A stretch of DNA of 63,121 bases, counting the filler, from Octopus bimaculoides (taxonomy: Eukaryota), in the NCBI RefSeq assembly GCF_001194135.2. It is 7 parts of 6 records of this genome, joined end to end, with 100 filler letters (N's around TTAATTAATTAA, not from the genome) between each part and the next. Parts side by side here need not be neighbours in the genome. Positions count along the whole stretch, not along the records: positions 1 to 15,341 come from NC_068989.1; 6 more parts are not named here. The stretch is one strand, 5' to 3'. The translations under genes and the position numbers were made by a program. Within the stretch, counting starts at the first letter, position 1. Every line of letters begins with the position of its first letter. The notes beneath the pieces were generated by a model. That model saw only the letters and a list, made by a program, of their open reading frames with translations. It searched no databases and had not been told where the DNA came from. Positions 1 to 12,130 of this stretch are shown piece after piece.

Positions 1-253
1 GATTTCATGTGTCACCCGCACATGAGCCAGTCCAGGGGCACCGGCAACGATCTCGCTCGAAAAACCTCATGTGTCACCCGCACAAGAGCCAGTCCAGGGG
101 CATTGGCAACGATCTCGCACGAAAGATATCATGTGTCACCCGCACATGAGCCAGTCCAGGGACACTGGCAATGATCCCACTCAAAAGATATCATGTGTCG
201 CCTGCACATGAGCCAGTTCGGGGGCACTGGCAAATGATCCCGCTCGAATGAGC
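1..253. repeat. 62-bp minisatellite, 4 copies (unit also present once inside the SINE-like element at 19195-19720)
   Basis: CATGTGTC restarts at 6, 68, 130 and 192 (period 62). Unit ~CATGTGTCACCCGCACATGAGCCAGTCCAGGGGCACTGGCAACGATCTCGCTCGAAAAGATAT. A homologous single unit lies at ~19450-19503. Confidence 0.93.
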
Positions 254-254
254 C

Positions 255-3220
255 TCAAAGAAAATTTGTGTATGAAAAAATTAATAGCACAAACATAAAT
301 TTACAATTGGATACAGGCAGCAATATCTCAATAATTAACATAGATACATGGAAAAATATCGGGAGACCTAAATTAAATGAAACATTGAAAATTTCCCATG
401 GTTTTTCAGGAAAAAAATTACATTTTAACGGCAAATTAATAAGTAACATTATATTTCACAGAAAAAAACCCTTAAAACTTAAGTTTTTGTGTTAAATTAT
501 TCCACAAATTCAGTACTGACTGGATCGAATTATTTAACATGTGGGATCTCCCCCATAAATCTTTTCTGTAAAAATATAAATGGTTTTTCCCCCAGTGCAA
601 ATAAGTGGTCAGATGAATTGAAAATATTTTAAAATATTTTCCTTGAAGTACTGTCTGATAAACTAGGTCTGTGTACCAGAACAAAAGCTTGGTTTCAAAT
701 AAAAGAAAACACCATACCAATATTTAAACGAAAATGAACTGTATCATTTGCAGCGTTAGAACAGATAAACTTAGAGAGACTAGAAAAAATTGAAGTTGTC
801 CAAGTGGAATATAGTCAATGGGCAATACCAACTGTCCATATTAAGAAAAAGAATAATAAAACCAGAGTGTGTGCTGATTTTTCAATTCGTTTAAATGAAT
901 GTCTTAAAACCTGCCACTATCTGCTACCTACTCTTGAAGATATTTTTGTGGCAAGATATTTTCTAAATTGGATCTCTCTGATATGTACCTATAAATTAGA
1001 GTAGATGATGAATGCTCTAAATACCTAACAATTAACACACATAAAGGACTGTATAAATACAAAAGGTTACCATTTGACTTAAAAGCCACACCAACAATTT
1101 TTCAACAGATTATGGATGCAATGTTAGCAGACTGTGAATTCGCAGTTCCATATCTGGATGACATACTCATTAAACGCAAATCCAAGGATCAACATGTAGA
1201 GCACATAAAATATGTATTTAAAAAATTAGGGATTACAACTTTACTTTGAGTGATGAAAAGTATGAATTTTTCTTATCAAGAATAAGATATTTAGAACAAA
1301 TTGTTGATAGAAATGGATGTCAAACAGACCTGTTGAGGGCAGACACAATTAAAAGTATGCTCCCTTCAACAAATATAGCGACCTTACAACCGTGTTTAGG
1401 ACTGGCAAATTATTACCAAAATTATACTCCAAATATTCATAAGGCAAGGGTTCCACTGAATAATCTGATGAAAAAGATATGAAGTGGAAATGGTGGGAAA
1501 ATTGCCAAAAGGCATTTGACGAAATAAAATATCTGGAGTGGAGATTGTTGTAGTTTCAAATGCTTCTGAATACAACATAGGAACAGTAATGCTACATAAA
1601 TATAAAGATAATAACATGAAAGTAGTGGTTCATGCCTCGTGTTCTCTGATATCAGCAGAGGAAAAATTATAGTCAAATTGAAAAAGAAGCTCTAGTAATT
1701 ATTTTTACCATAAAAAATTTCACAGATTTTTACACAGGAGAAGTTTTCATCTACAGACTTGTCATCGTTCATTATAATTGATGTTTGGGTCGAAAAAGGG
1801 AATTTCTACCCATACCACTAATAGGTTGCAATGCTGGCATATGACATTATTAAACTATGATTTCAAGATGGAGTATATACAATCCAAGTATATAGGTCAT
1901 GCAGATTGTTTATCAAGGCTGATTTCGAAAAATGTGGAACCATTTGAAGACACCATGATTGCTGCTTTGTGAGCAGAAAATGAAATAAAAATGTTTTGTG
2001 TAACGTCATTCATGAACTGCCAGTTACTTTACAAGACACAAAATTAAAATTGGAAAATAATAAATTCCTTATAAAAATGAAAGAAATACTGAAGGCTAAA
2101 AGAGATAGGAATATATGCAACACAAATGTGAATCATTTCTCACTGTGTGGCAATGTATGCTCAAAGATGTATGCTTAATGTATGCTCAAAGAGTTGTGCC
2201 AGCCACACTACAAAAGCAATTATTACAGAAATTTCATATTGGTCACCCAGGGATTTCAAGAATGAAATCATAAATGAAAAGTTATGTATATTGGCCAACA
2301 ATGGACGGTGACATTGAAGAATCAGTGAAAGCATGCAGAGGGTGTGCCTCAGCTGCAAAAGCCCCTACCACGAAATGGCAACAGTGCCCAAAAACAGATG
2401 TACCATGGGCCAGGCTGCATGTTGATTATGCAGGCCCACTTAAGGGTTCATATTACCTTGTTGTGGTGGACAATTTTTCAAAGTGGCTGGAAGTGCATAA
2501 ATGTAAAAAGTCAGCATCTGCAGTTACAATAAGTGTTTTTTTATTTACATGAATTGTTCACCAGGTATGGTATACTGGATACCATTGTGTCTGATAATGG
2601 AACTCAATTTACCTCAGACGAGTTCAAAAAATTTTGCAAAATGTTTGTCATCAAGCATGTCACTACTCTGCCCTATCATCCTAGGTCAAATGGACAAGTG
2701 AAGCATTTTAGTTTCAAGAGGGCATTGAAAAAGGCAAACAATGAAGTTATGGACGATTTTGCACTTCAACAATTTCTAAGAGTGTACCGAGTAAAACCTA
2801 ATCTGAACACATCGTTGGAAATGTCACCTGCAGAATTGATGTTTGCTAGAAAGGTCAGATCTGTCTTTCATAAAATGATATTGAGTGAAAATATAAAAAA
2901 GTTGTTACCTAACTTCAAAAGTTAGGTAACAAAGTTTTTTTTTATAGATATGGTAAAGAAAGCTGAGAGGACAGTATAATTATTAAACAAATTGAAAGAA
3001 TGATATTCCTGGTAAAAGGGGAAAAAAATGTCAAATATAAAAGACATATTATTAACCAACTTAAAAAAGAGATTCATGGAAAAAATAGCCTCAAGAAATG
3101 GAATCCCCATGGAACTATTGTATGACACATTTGAGGTACCAACACTCAAACAATTTGAAATTACATGTTCTAGCACCAGAAAATGGAAAAGAATAGAAAC
3201 ACTGGAATTGAGATATTAAA
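255..3220 (+). mobile_element. Ty3/Gypsy LTR retrotransposon pol, decayed (protease-RT-RNaseH-integrase), K02A2.6-like
   Basis: Protease LQLDTGSNISII; RT YSQWAIPTVHIKKKNNKTRVCADFS and VPYLDDILI (~1145-1170); RNaseH ASEYNIGTV and YSQIEKEALVI; integrase HHCC region (HIGHPGISRMKS...CRGC), LHVDYAGP, IVSDNGTQFTS, HPRSNGQ. Many stops and frameshifts. PR-RT-RH-IN order is Gypsy-type. Confidence 0.95.
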
Positions 3221-3273
3221 CTCTGAGTGGAGTTCAATTCTCAAAAGGGGAGAAGATAGGGGAGACTGATTCT

Positions 3274-3530
3274 AAAAAGGGGAGATATTGTGGAAGAATT
3301 CTGACTACCCACCAAGCGACTGAAGGTGGACTGTCTCACTGTTATAAAGTAAAGAACTGTGAGTGATTGGCAGTTCAGGTTGGTAGGCAGTTCACTTTGA
3401 GCCATGATTGAGAGCATTGAGTCTTGTGTAATATTAATAGTAGTGCATCGTGTAAATACTTTCTCCCCCCCCCCCTGCTTCATTATATTATGTATCCAAT
3501 ACAAGGATATAAAAATATATACACTAGGTT
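3274..3530 (+). mobile_element. Polypurine tract (3274-3285) and 3' LTR remnant of the Gypsy element (right end approximate)
   Basis: AAAAAGGGGAGA is followed directly by TATTGTGGAAGAATTCTG. This aligns with the reverse complement of the LTR at 10664-10952 (TGTTATGGGAGAATCCTG; both also contain TAAAGAACTGTG). Confidence 0.6.
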
Positions 3531-3709
3531 CTTCAGTTGATAGGACTCTTGATCGAGACAGATTTCTGCATTTTTGGAGGCAACTTAAACTAAGCTTTTT
3601 GTTTTTCCATTTGGTGCATAGATGTAAAGACTTTTCTTAGCCTGCTACTGATGATGTTTTGTGGGTTTTTTTTGACTCTGTCACCTTAATTAAATTCCTT
3701 ATACACATG

Positions 3710-4020
<311 letters not shown>

Positions 4021-4251
4021 TTTTTTCTGTTGCTGTGACTGATTTAAAAATTTTAAAAGTGAAAATTTTTTAATTTGGTATATTGATGTACTTTTTCACA
4101 CTGGAAGAGAGAAGGGAGGACATATTCATATTGACAATATCTATTGAATTAGACCTAATGATAATGAGTTAGATCATTTTATGAGTAATGTAGCATATAA
4201 AAGAGTGAAGAATTTTCAATGAAAAATGAAAAAAATAGGCATATGCATTAC

Positions 4252-4450
4252 CTCAAATCTTCGAGTTGATAATATATATTCGTTCGTGGATCAACAATAT
4301 AAATCTTGTTTCTTGGGGATTCCATAAACTCCATTGTGAGTTTGTCAGCAAATGACCGTACAAAGAGAGCCCGGACAGTATCCAATGTTGTGATTTCATT
4401 TGGTAAGGAGGCTTTTTTAGTTTCATCTTTATAGACCAAAAAAACTAACC
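4252..4450 (-). CDS. KIAA1217: Internal coding exon (199 nt, phase 1 to 2), AIP3-domain region of a KIAA1217(SKT)/SRCIN1-like protein (AGAP005037/CG32809 family)
   Basis: Acceptor TGATTTTCAG| at 4450 and donor AG|GTAATG at 4252. Encodes (G)LVFLVYKDETKKASLPNEITTLDTVRALFVRSFADKLTMEFMESPRNKIYIVDPRTNIYYQLEDL(R), matching the recalled vertebrate KIAA1217 segment GVLYLQYGDETKQLRMPNEITSADTIRALFVSAFPQQLTMKMLESPSVAIYIKDESRNVYYELNDVR. The symbol denotes the KIAA1217/SRCIN1 co-ortholog. Confidence 0.92.
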
Positions 4451-4559
4451 CTGAAAATCAAGAAAAAATGAAAGAAAAATAAATAAGTGAATTCAAATGA
4501 ACTGTACAAAAATCTTACCATTACTTGATAAAACCTTACCATTTCATTATAAACTTTCT

Positions 4560-6910
4560 CCATACTGGTCAGTTTTTTGCTTGGGTTTGCCATTTATTAT
4601 GACTAATTCCTTTCTACTTCATGTTCCTTTTTGTAGTATCTCTGAATCTTCCTTGGTTTATTTTCCCCTTGCATAGTTGGGAGAAAAGGATTTGTCTGGA
4701 GAGTCTGTTGTTGTCCATCCTGTGTATGTGGCCCAACCAACGTAAATTTCTATCAATGAGAACGATGATGAGAAATTCTATCATAGGATCTCTTCATTTC
4801 TGATCTTGTCAAAGAAAGTAATATTCATAAATTGTTGCAGCTATCTCATCATATATGTATGTAACTTCTCTACTTGAGCGTTTCGACTCCATACAGCAGG
4901 GAAGAAAACACTATAGCCTGGTATACTTTACATTTGACACATATAGCAACATGTCTATTTTTCCACAGTCTCTCTTGTAGCCTGCTAAATGAAGCACCAG
5001 CTCTGTGCGATTTTCTGGTCCACTCATGCATCGTCTGAGATTGTGCTGCCTAGGTATTTAAATGTTTTGCACAGGGTCAGCTTTTCATGTCCAAAAGTGA
5101 TGTTTTCTTCTGTAAGACAGGAATTTAGGTTATCTACAGGTTGGATAAGGCATTTGGTTTTTCTGATGTTAATCTTTAACCTGAACTGTTCTACAGCTGT
5201 TATCTATCAGTTTCTGCATATCTTCAGTGCTGTGGGCAACTAATGCACTATCACCAGTGAACAATATATCTTACAGTAGGACCCTCGTAGTGTCTTGGCT
5301 TTATACTGTGCAGCATTGAACAGATCAGCATCATGCTGCATCTGGATGTAAATTCCCCCTCCACCTGCCTCAAAGGCAACTTCCAACATTGTTGTAAGAC
5401 AGAGGGAGAATAGCACTGGAGCAAATATGCACACTTGTTTAACTCCATTTGTCACCACAAACTTGCTTTGTCACCACAAATTGCATGAAGGAATGTCTGC
5501 ATTCTTTCATGCAAGGACCTGACTAAATTGATGAACCTTTAAGGATTCCATGTTTCTTAAGAACCACCCAAAGTGGAGTGGTGAAAGCCTTTGTGAAGTC
5601 TATAAACACTGCATACATAGGCATGTTCTGCTCAATGTATTTTTCCTGAATTTGGTAAAGACAGATGATCATGTTCACAGTGCTTCTACCTCAACAGAAG
5701 CCACACTGGGTCTCAGGTAAAACATTTAGACAAATATACTCATTTAGTTTGTTTGATAGAATACAAGCCAAGATTTTCCCAGCTAATGAAAGTTCACTCT
5801 ACAACCTTTTTTGAAGATAGGAATGATGCCTGCATCTTTCCTGTCTTGTGGAACCATTTCCTTCTCCCAGATCTGAAGCACAGTGTTATACAGATTTTCA
5901 GTTTGCTTTACACCTCCATGCTTCCAGATTTCAGTAGATATTCCACATCTGCCAGGTACTTTACCTTCTTTCATTTGTTTGATTGCATCAATGAATTCCT
6001 TGTAAGTAGGTTTTTCATCTAAAGATTAAATGGTTGGCTATTGTGTAACCTTCTCAAGAGTAGTGTAGTCCACAATGTTTGAGATATTAAGCAGACTGTC
6101 AAAGTGATTGGCAAATCTATCAAGGATCTCTGATTTTTCCTGGGGTATTGTTTTGCTGTCAAGCACCATGAGTTTTGTTGTGCCTCTCTGCTGTAGCCTG
6201 TATATCTCTCAAAGTTTCAAGTAAAATGCTTTCTTATTATTTTTATATGCATAATGCTGTAGTTCTTCAGCTTTGGCCTCTCACCAATCTGATTTCAGTT
6301 TCCTAGTATATTGTTGCAGCTTCCTTCTTGCTTCCACCAGTTTTCCTCTGTTAGATTTTGTGTTACAATTTAGCTGCCTTGCCTTTGTGGTGTTCCTTTC
6401 CTTTAGCAGGGTCTTTAGTTGGATGTCATTCTCAAACCAGTCTTGATGTTTTTACATCATCTTGCCAAGGACATGAGCTGTCTCATATGTAGTTACTTTC
6501 AAGATGTTCCATTTTTTTTAAAGTCCTTTGTTTTCTTTATACTCCCATTCTTCCAAAGCCTTATCCTGCAATTTCCGTTTCACTTTGAGGTCTCTGAGTT
6601 TTGTGATGTTTAGCTTATTTTTTGGTCAGCCCTTTGTCATCCTACTTTGCTTCCTGATGGAAAAAGTGACTTCTGATCTTAACATGTGGGGGTCAGTAGA
6701 GCAGTCTGCACCTCTCATGGCTCTTGTATCCAAGACATCATTCTAATCTCTTCTACAGATAATTATGTAGTCTAGGAAGTGCCAATGCTTAGAGCAAGAG
6801 TGCATCTAAGTGGTCTTGTGATGGTCTTTGTGCTTGAAGACAGTGTTTGTAATTACTAGGTTGAACTCAGAGCAGAGAGCTAGAAGAAGCTCATCATTTG
6901 AATTGCACTT
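4560..6910 (-). mobile_element. RTE-clade (BovB-like) LINE, decayed, APE C-terminus to RT C-terminus
   Basis: LALCSEFNLVITNTVFKHKDHHKTT...HWHFLDYII...DTRAMRGADCSTD (6700-6890); KVPGRCGISTEIWKHGG...IWEKEMVPQDRKDAGIIPIFKKG; VTNGVKQVCIFAPVLFS; LRWAGHIHRMDNNRL (~4700-4750). Confidence 0.9.
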
Positions 6911-6989
6911 TCCTACTCCATGTTTGCTCATCAGATAAAGCCATCTATGAGACTATGATAATAATAGCAACAACAATAGTATACATACA

Positions 6990-7090
6990 GGCATGGCTCT
7001 GTGGTAAGAAGCTTGCTTCCCAACCATATGGTTTTATGTTCAGTCCCACTGTATGGCACCTAGGACAAGTGTCTTCTACTATAACCTTAG
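6990..7090 (+). mobile_element. tRNA-derived SINE 5' fragment (same family as 29265-29677)
   Basis: GGCATGGCTCTGTGGTAAGAAGCTTGCTTCCCAACCATATGG...GTTCAGTCCC...CAAGTGTCTTCTACTATA matches the head of the 29.3-29.7 kb copy. Confidence 0.8.
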
Positions 7091-7169
7091 TTTTCTGCTA
7101 ATTTTTTTCTTTCTCCTCTTTCTCTTTCTATAAATTGCCTTTGACGTTAAATCTATAAATAGTTTTTTT

Positions 7170-7420
7170 TTTAAGGTGGTTGTTTACTCCTTATGCAGAG
7201 TTTGACGACCTCCTGTATCTAAACCTTAGCACCATCATGGCATCTGACGTGATTTTTTAAACCAGACTATGTTCTGAAAAGACACTCACATAGATTGTAA
7301 ATCCGATTTGGACTACTAAGAGCTGCAGATAAGTTCTGATCTTTATGGATCTTAAAATGTCTTTTGAGGCCTCTGTTAGATTTGTAAACCTTCTGGTATA
7401 CACGGCATTCAAAGGTGAGC
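7170..7420 (-). mobile_element. LINE 3' end fragment with degenerate C2H2-type zinc fingers (RTE-like)
   Basis: FECRVYQKVYKSNRGLKRHFKIH...CECLFRT*SGLKNHVR. Confidence 0.6.
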
Positions 7421-7469
7421 ACAGATATATGTGTATATATAAGAATATTTATAGACTTAGTTATATTAA

Positions 7470-8589
7470 TGTGGGTTCTTGTCATTCCACCATAGTGTTT
7501 AAAAATTTAGTTAAAAACATTAGCAAAAGAATTTCTAGCCTCTCCTCCGATAGGGACATTTTTGATAGTGTTTCCCCAGTATATAATAAGGTTCTAAAAG
7601 ATAGCAGATTTAGCAAAGAAATAATCTATACACCTGCCACCAGTCCAATAATAAAGAAAAGGAAACATAGGAATAGGAAAACTATCTGGTTCATACTCAC
7701 CCGAAGTGACCTTTAATATAGGCAAGTATTTCTTAGCACTGATAGATATTTTCCAGTCAACCATAGTTACAGAAAGCTCTTCAATAGACATAACTTAAAA
7801 ATCAGTTTCAGCTCAGCTACTAATTTTTAAAATATAATCGCACACAACACACAAAAACCACAATATGAAACCAGCTGTTCATGCAAGGATAAAAATTTGT
7901 GCCTGTTAAATGGAGCTTGCATGTCCGAGACCATCATTTATGAAGCCACTGTGGACTCTATATTCACTAAGGACATGGTTTCGATGAAGAAATACATGGG
8001 CCTTACAGAGGGTAATTTCAAGGCCAGGTTCAATAATCATACCTTGAGCTTCAGGCACTGGAATAAAAGGAAAGCGACCAAATTATCCAGTCATATATGG
8101 TCCTTAAACGATAAAGGTGTCACTTACAACATCCATTGGAAGATCTTAGCCAAGTGTAAGCCCTACACCAACAGCAGTGGAAAGTGCGGTCTTTGTGATA
8201 TGGAAAGCTGGCTCATCTGGAAAAGCAGCTTAGACCCTGCCACATGACTAAATTCAAGAACTGAACTTTTCGGATCATGCCCACATGTGGTTAAATATTT
8301 GTTACGTTTTTGGTCCCCCCGAGATTACAGATGGGACTTGCTTTCTACATTGTGTCCACATACAAGCTTTTTATCTCTCTATACTTTTTACTTATATTTC
8401 TTATATATTTTTAATATATTTTTTACATATTTATAGAGATATTGGTTTATAGTTTTGCTCATATTTTTTTTACATATAATTTTTCTGTATTCTATCTTCC
8501 ACCCTGCATTTTTTCTGTGCATATATACACATGCATATAAAATTTCTTGTGCGTACATGTGGATGTGTGCGGGTATGTGTATATATATA

Positions 8590-8626
<37 letters not shown>

Positions 8627-8771
8627 ATGCAAGTATGTGCATATATAGATGTGTTTTACTCTTATTGCTTATTTTTTACACTTTTTTTTTACACATTTTT
8701 CTGTATTTTGCCTTTAGCCCTGTTTTTCTTGTGCATGTGCATATATAGACGTGTGTATGAACCTTTTTTGT

Positions 8772-8802
<31 letters not shown>

Positions 8803-9254
8803 CAAGCATGTATGCGGGTATGTATATATTTTTTGGCAAATGTGTGGGTGAGCATGTGTGTGTTTCAAGTGAGGGTGGATGAGTATATACATATAGGCAC
8901 ATGTACGTGAGTGTGCGGGCGTGCATGTGTATGTATGGATATGTGCGCTTACGCAATTACTATGAACATTTTTACTCCCTTACCTTTACTCCCTCCCCTT
9001 ACTTAGTGGTCTATAGCTCTTTTGTCTTAATAATGGTCAACCACTAAGTAATTTCCCTTTGTTTTAACGGTCATTTTCATAGCATTTTTTCGATGGCCTG
9101 ATAACTGAAGAGATGCCGGCGTGAGTTTCCGCCCTGACATCCAAAACTTGGAGTTTTATCATGGCTACCGAATAATTGTCACATATTATATTTGCAGATA
9201 AATTCCTCTATTTGAATAATATCGAGGTTTCTTTTGTTGTCTTGCCATTTCTAT

Positions 9255-9255
<1 letters not shown>
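7470..9255 (+). mobile_element. Penelope-like element, 5'-truncated: RT C-terminus, GIY-YIG endonuclease (7897-8247), microsatellite-rich 3' region and pseudo-LTR
   Basis: NISKRISSLSSDRDIFDSVSPVYNKVLKDS...KTIWF; CLLNGACMSETIIYEATV...KKYMGLTEGNFKARFNNHTLSFRH...KLSSHIWSL...IHWKILAKCKPY...CGLC; hammerhead-like fold at 9099-9161. Confidence 0.9.
9099..9161 (+). ncRNA. Type I hammerhead-ribozyme-like motif, probably decayed
   Basis: Stem I TGATAA/TTATCA; core CTGAAGA; stem II GATG...CATC with inner GGCG/CGCC; CAAAAC where CGAAAC is expected (CpG decay); short stem III; GTT triplet. Confidence 0.6.
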
Positions 9256-9291
<36 letters not shown>

Positions 9292-9310
9292 CACACACAC
9301 ACATACATGC

Positions 9311-9592
9311 ATTGCTCATATCTTCTGTAGTATGTTTCGAAGGTAACTCCTTTGTCAGGTTCTTATTTGAACTCTGTTATGGAGTTCACTACATAGTCTG
9401 TCAAGAACATCTTTTTTTACTTTCCTGATGTCTTCAGTAATTTCAACATTCGTTGCTGTAATATTATTTGTTGTTGTTGCTTCTATTGTTGCTCTTGCAG
9501 TTGGTGGTGCTGTTGTTGCTTCAGCTGTGGTGCAGCTGCTACTGTTGTTGCTGTTTTTGCAACTCCAGCAAACCGGCCAACAAATTTTCCAT
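9311..9592 (-). mobile_element. Second Gypsy gag N-terminal remnant
   Basis: MENLLAGLLELQKQQQQ... and FLTDYVVNSITEFK*EPDKGVTFETYYRRYE, paralogous to the gag head at 10310-10615. Confidence 0.75.
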
Positions 9593-9849
9593 AATTTTAG
9601 GAATTTTTTCATAAAATTTGTACAACAAACACTTGTGAGTTGTTTAAATCCTTGTCATCACCGTTATAATCCTTTCAATGTTGGATTGTTATAACGTCTG
9701 CTTTGGTATACAATATACTTAAGAAAACCAGTAAAGACATGACTATCTCTGACCACTTACTATGTACTCCCATACTTCATGTACTTCTCTTTACTTATAG
9801 TAACTAGGTTATTCCATGTCATGTGGGAGGGGGTGTACCATTATTACTA

Positions 9850-10615
9850 ATTCCCTACAACAATTTCTTTCAGTCGCTCTGACTATACATGAGAGCAGAT
9901 TCTTACTTCAGTTTGTTCTGTTATGTCCCCTAGGTTTATTATTTTCTGACATTCCTCAGATATCTCTTGTAGTGTTAGCTTCTGATTCTGCTCTAATTTA
10001 GTCAGAATTTGGTTATGAATTTCTGCATCTTCCTTTACCTTTCACAAAAATTAATCATTTAAACATATCTGGTGTTAGTTCATTAATTTGAAATCTCTTA
10101 CACTCCCTATTAATGACTCCAGTATATATAATAAAATCTTTGTCCTCTTTTTTGCAATATTCATGCATTGCCAATGCATATAAACAAAAAGCATTTTCCA
10201 CTGAAAATCTTTGATAGAATATTCATAGTTTCTTCAAAATAGACTCCATTTGGTCTCTTTGGTAATATGTAATTGCAATATTTCTCATGCTCAGCTGGTG
10301 CTAACTTTCTCAACAAAAATCAAGTTTTTTTTCTCTTGCCAGTCGCAGCATTCTTCTGTAAAAAAAATTCTTTATATCTTCTAAAGTACCCTCCTCTGGG
10401 TTATATGTGAACTCTCCGATGGAGTTTGTGACTGTGTCAAGAGTGAATGAACTAGATATATTCTCTGTTTCTTTCTGTTTTAGTTGTACTAACAGTTGCT
10501 GTTGCTTCTGAAATTCCAACAACTGTTGTTGTTGTTGCTGCTGCTGTTGTTTCTGCAATTTCAACAACTGTTGTTGTAATTGAATTATCGAAGCTAGTAA
10601 ACTTTCCATGTTCAA
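9850..10615 (-). mobile_element. Gypsy (K02A2.6-like) gag, decayed
   Basis: MESLLASIIQLQQQ...NSIGEFTYNPEEG; continuing across frameshifts: AEHEKYCNYILPK, TGVINRECKRFQINELTPDMFK*LIFVKG, DAEIHNQILTKLEQNQKLTLQEISEECQK. Confidence 0.85.
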
Positions 10616-10646
10616 ACAACATGTTCAAACAGCATGAGCTTCAAAT

Positions 10647-10952
10647 AATCTCATTGCCAAAAATGTTATGATGAGTGTGTATGTTGGGTATAAAATAGTA
10701 TTACCCAAATAAATATTTGGATGTGGTTATCTAAAATATCCTATCACAGAATTATTATGTTTAGACAGAATGCACTCTGTACTACTCGAATGGGGATACA
10801 ATATTAAACCAACACATGTCGCATTAACACAGTAACCAATATGGTCAACCAACTCTGTCAACTGTACCCGACAGTTCACACAGTTCTTTATTTATTGAAA
10901 TCTGTTAGTCTACTTTTGGCCACGTGGGTGTGTACAGGATTCTCCCATAACA
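10647..10952 (-). mobile_element. 5' LTR (10664-10952, 289 bp) with primer-binding site (10647-10659)
   Basis: Terminal inverted 7-mer TGTTATG...CATAACA; AATAAA on the minus strand near 10890. The minus-strand PBS TGGCAATGAG equals TGGCGACGAG (complement of the tRNA-Ser(GCT) 3' end) after two CpG deaminations. It lies just upstream of gag. Confidence 0.8.
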
Positions 10953-11559
10953 TAAAATGGCAGATCTAACAATCTCCTAGGATGTGAGCATTAGCAATGC
11001 ATTGCATGGGAAAGACAGAAGATACAGTAAGATGGCTCAACTGCAAAAGATAATGGATAGGTGGCAACATGCTTTTCTGTGGAGATAGATGTCAGGGAAT
11101 TTACTGGAACTAATTGTTCACTTACTGCTCAGAAGCATAGGACAAGGAACAAAGTAAAGAAAACACCTTGCAAGAAATTTTCAAAAGCCGCAGAGAAAGG
11201 AAGCCACAATGTCTGGCTCATGAGAAATGTTAAATGGTACTTGTAATACCGTGAGAAAGTTTTGTTCATTAAGATCCTTAGCCTTCCTCAGTAAGAGATG
11301 CCAGAGACAGACAATTCTGGTCAGACATTGACTGTTCAAAGATAAATCTATGACTTTAGAACCTGCCCAGGGTTATCTCTCTTTGGTATCTCCTACTGAG
11401 GAAGACTAAAGAGTCAGAAACACATCTAGGACTCTGATAGGGGAGACACTGAGCAGGTGTGGTGTTTTTTACATCTTCCACTATAAGCGAGACTATTTTC
11501 TCTGCTGTAACTGCAGTGAATTTGCTTTTAGAATTTAAAATATGTTACAAACATATTTT

Positions 11560-12105
11560 ATGGGTGCTGGGATCATGGAAGCCCTTTGGTACTACTGCTC
11601 TATCTCCTAAAGATGAAGCTCCACATCAGCAATACATAGGCCCTCTCTATTCTCCTCTATGGAGTAGAAATGTGGACCCTCACGAAGACCCTGGCAAAGA
11701 TGATCAGCAACTTTGATAGTAGAGCCCTGAGAACCATCAAGAACATCAGATAATACCATCATGTTTCCAATAAAGAACTGCATGGGTGCATGCATTAGAC
11801 CATAGTCTCCCAACTCATAGATATCCCTCACATGTACTCCATCCTCTGCCAGATCATCCTATCAGAGCCTTACTCTCATTCAATGCAGCAGCTGCAGGCT
11901 GGAAGAGGCTCCATGGTAGGCCCCTCACCAGATGGCTGGACATGATTAAGGAAGATCTCCAGAGACTCAGTATCATCTTGGAAGATGCAGAGGGGCTAGC
12001 ATGGGACTGCCAGCAATGGGGAGAACTGGTGAACCTGGTCGGCTCTAGGACCACTAGCTTGGGATAATCCCAGCCCATCAAACAAGAGCATGAAACAAGC
12101 AAGTA
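11560..12105 (+). mobile_element. RTE-superfamily LINE 3' end (second family; also at 36845-37420)
   Basis: ILLYGVEMWTLTKTLAKMISNFDSRALRTI; HVLHPLPDHPIRALLSFNAAAAGWKRLHGRPLTRWLDMIKEDLQRL; CAAG-type tail. Confidence 0.8.
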
Positions 12106-12130
12106 AGCACACACACACACACATATATAT

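Noticed and set aside
1-253. CRISPR-like regular repeats
   Set aside because: Contiguous tandem units with no unique spacers, no cas genes, and a eukaryotic context.
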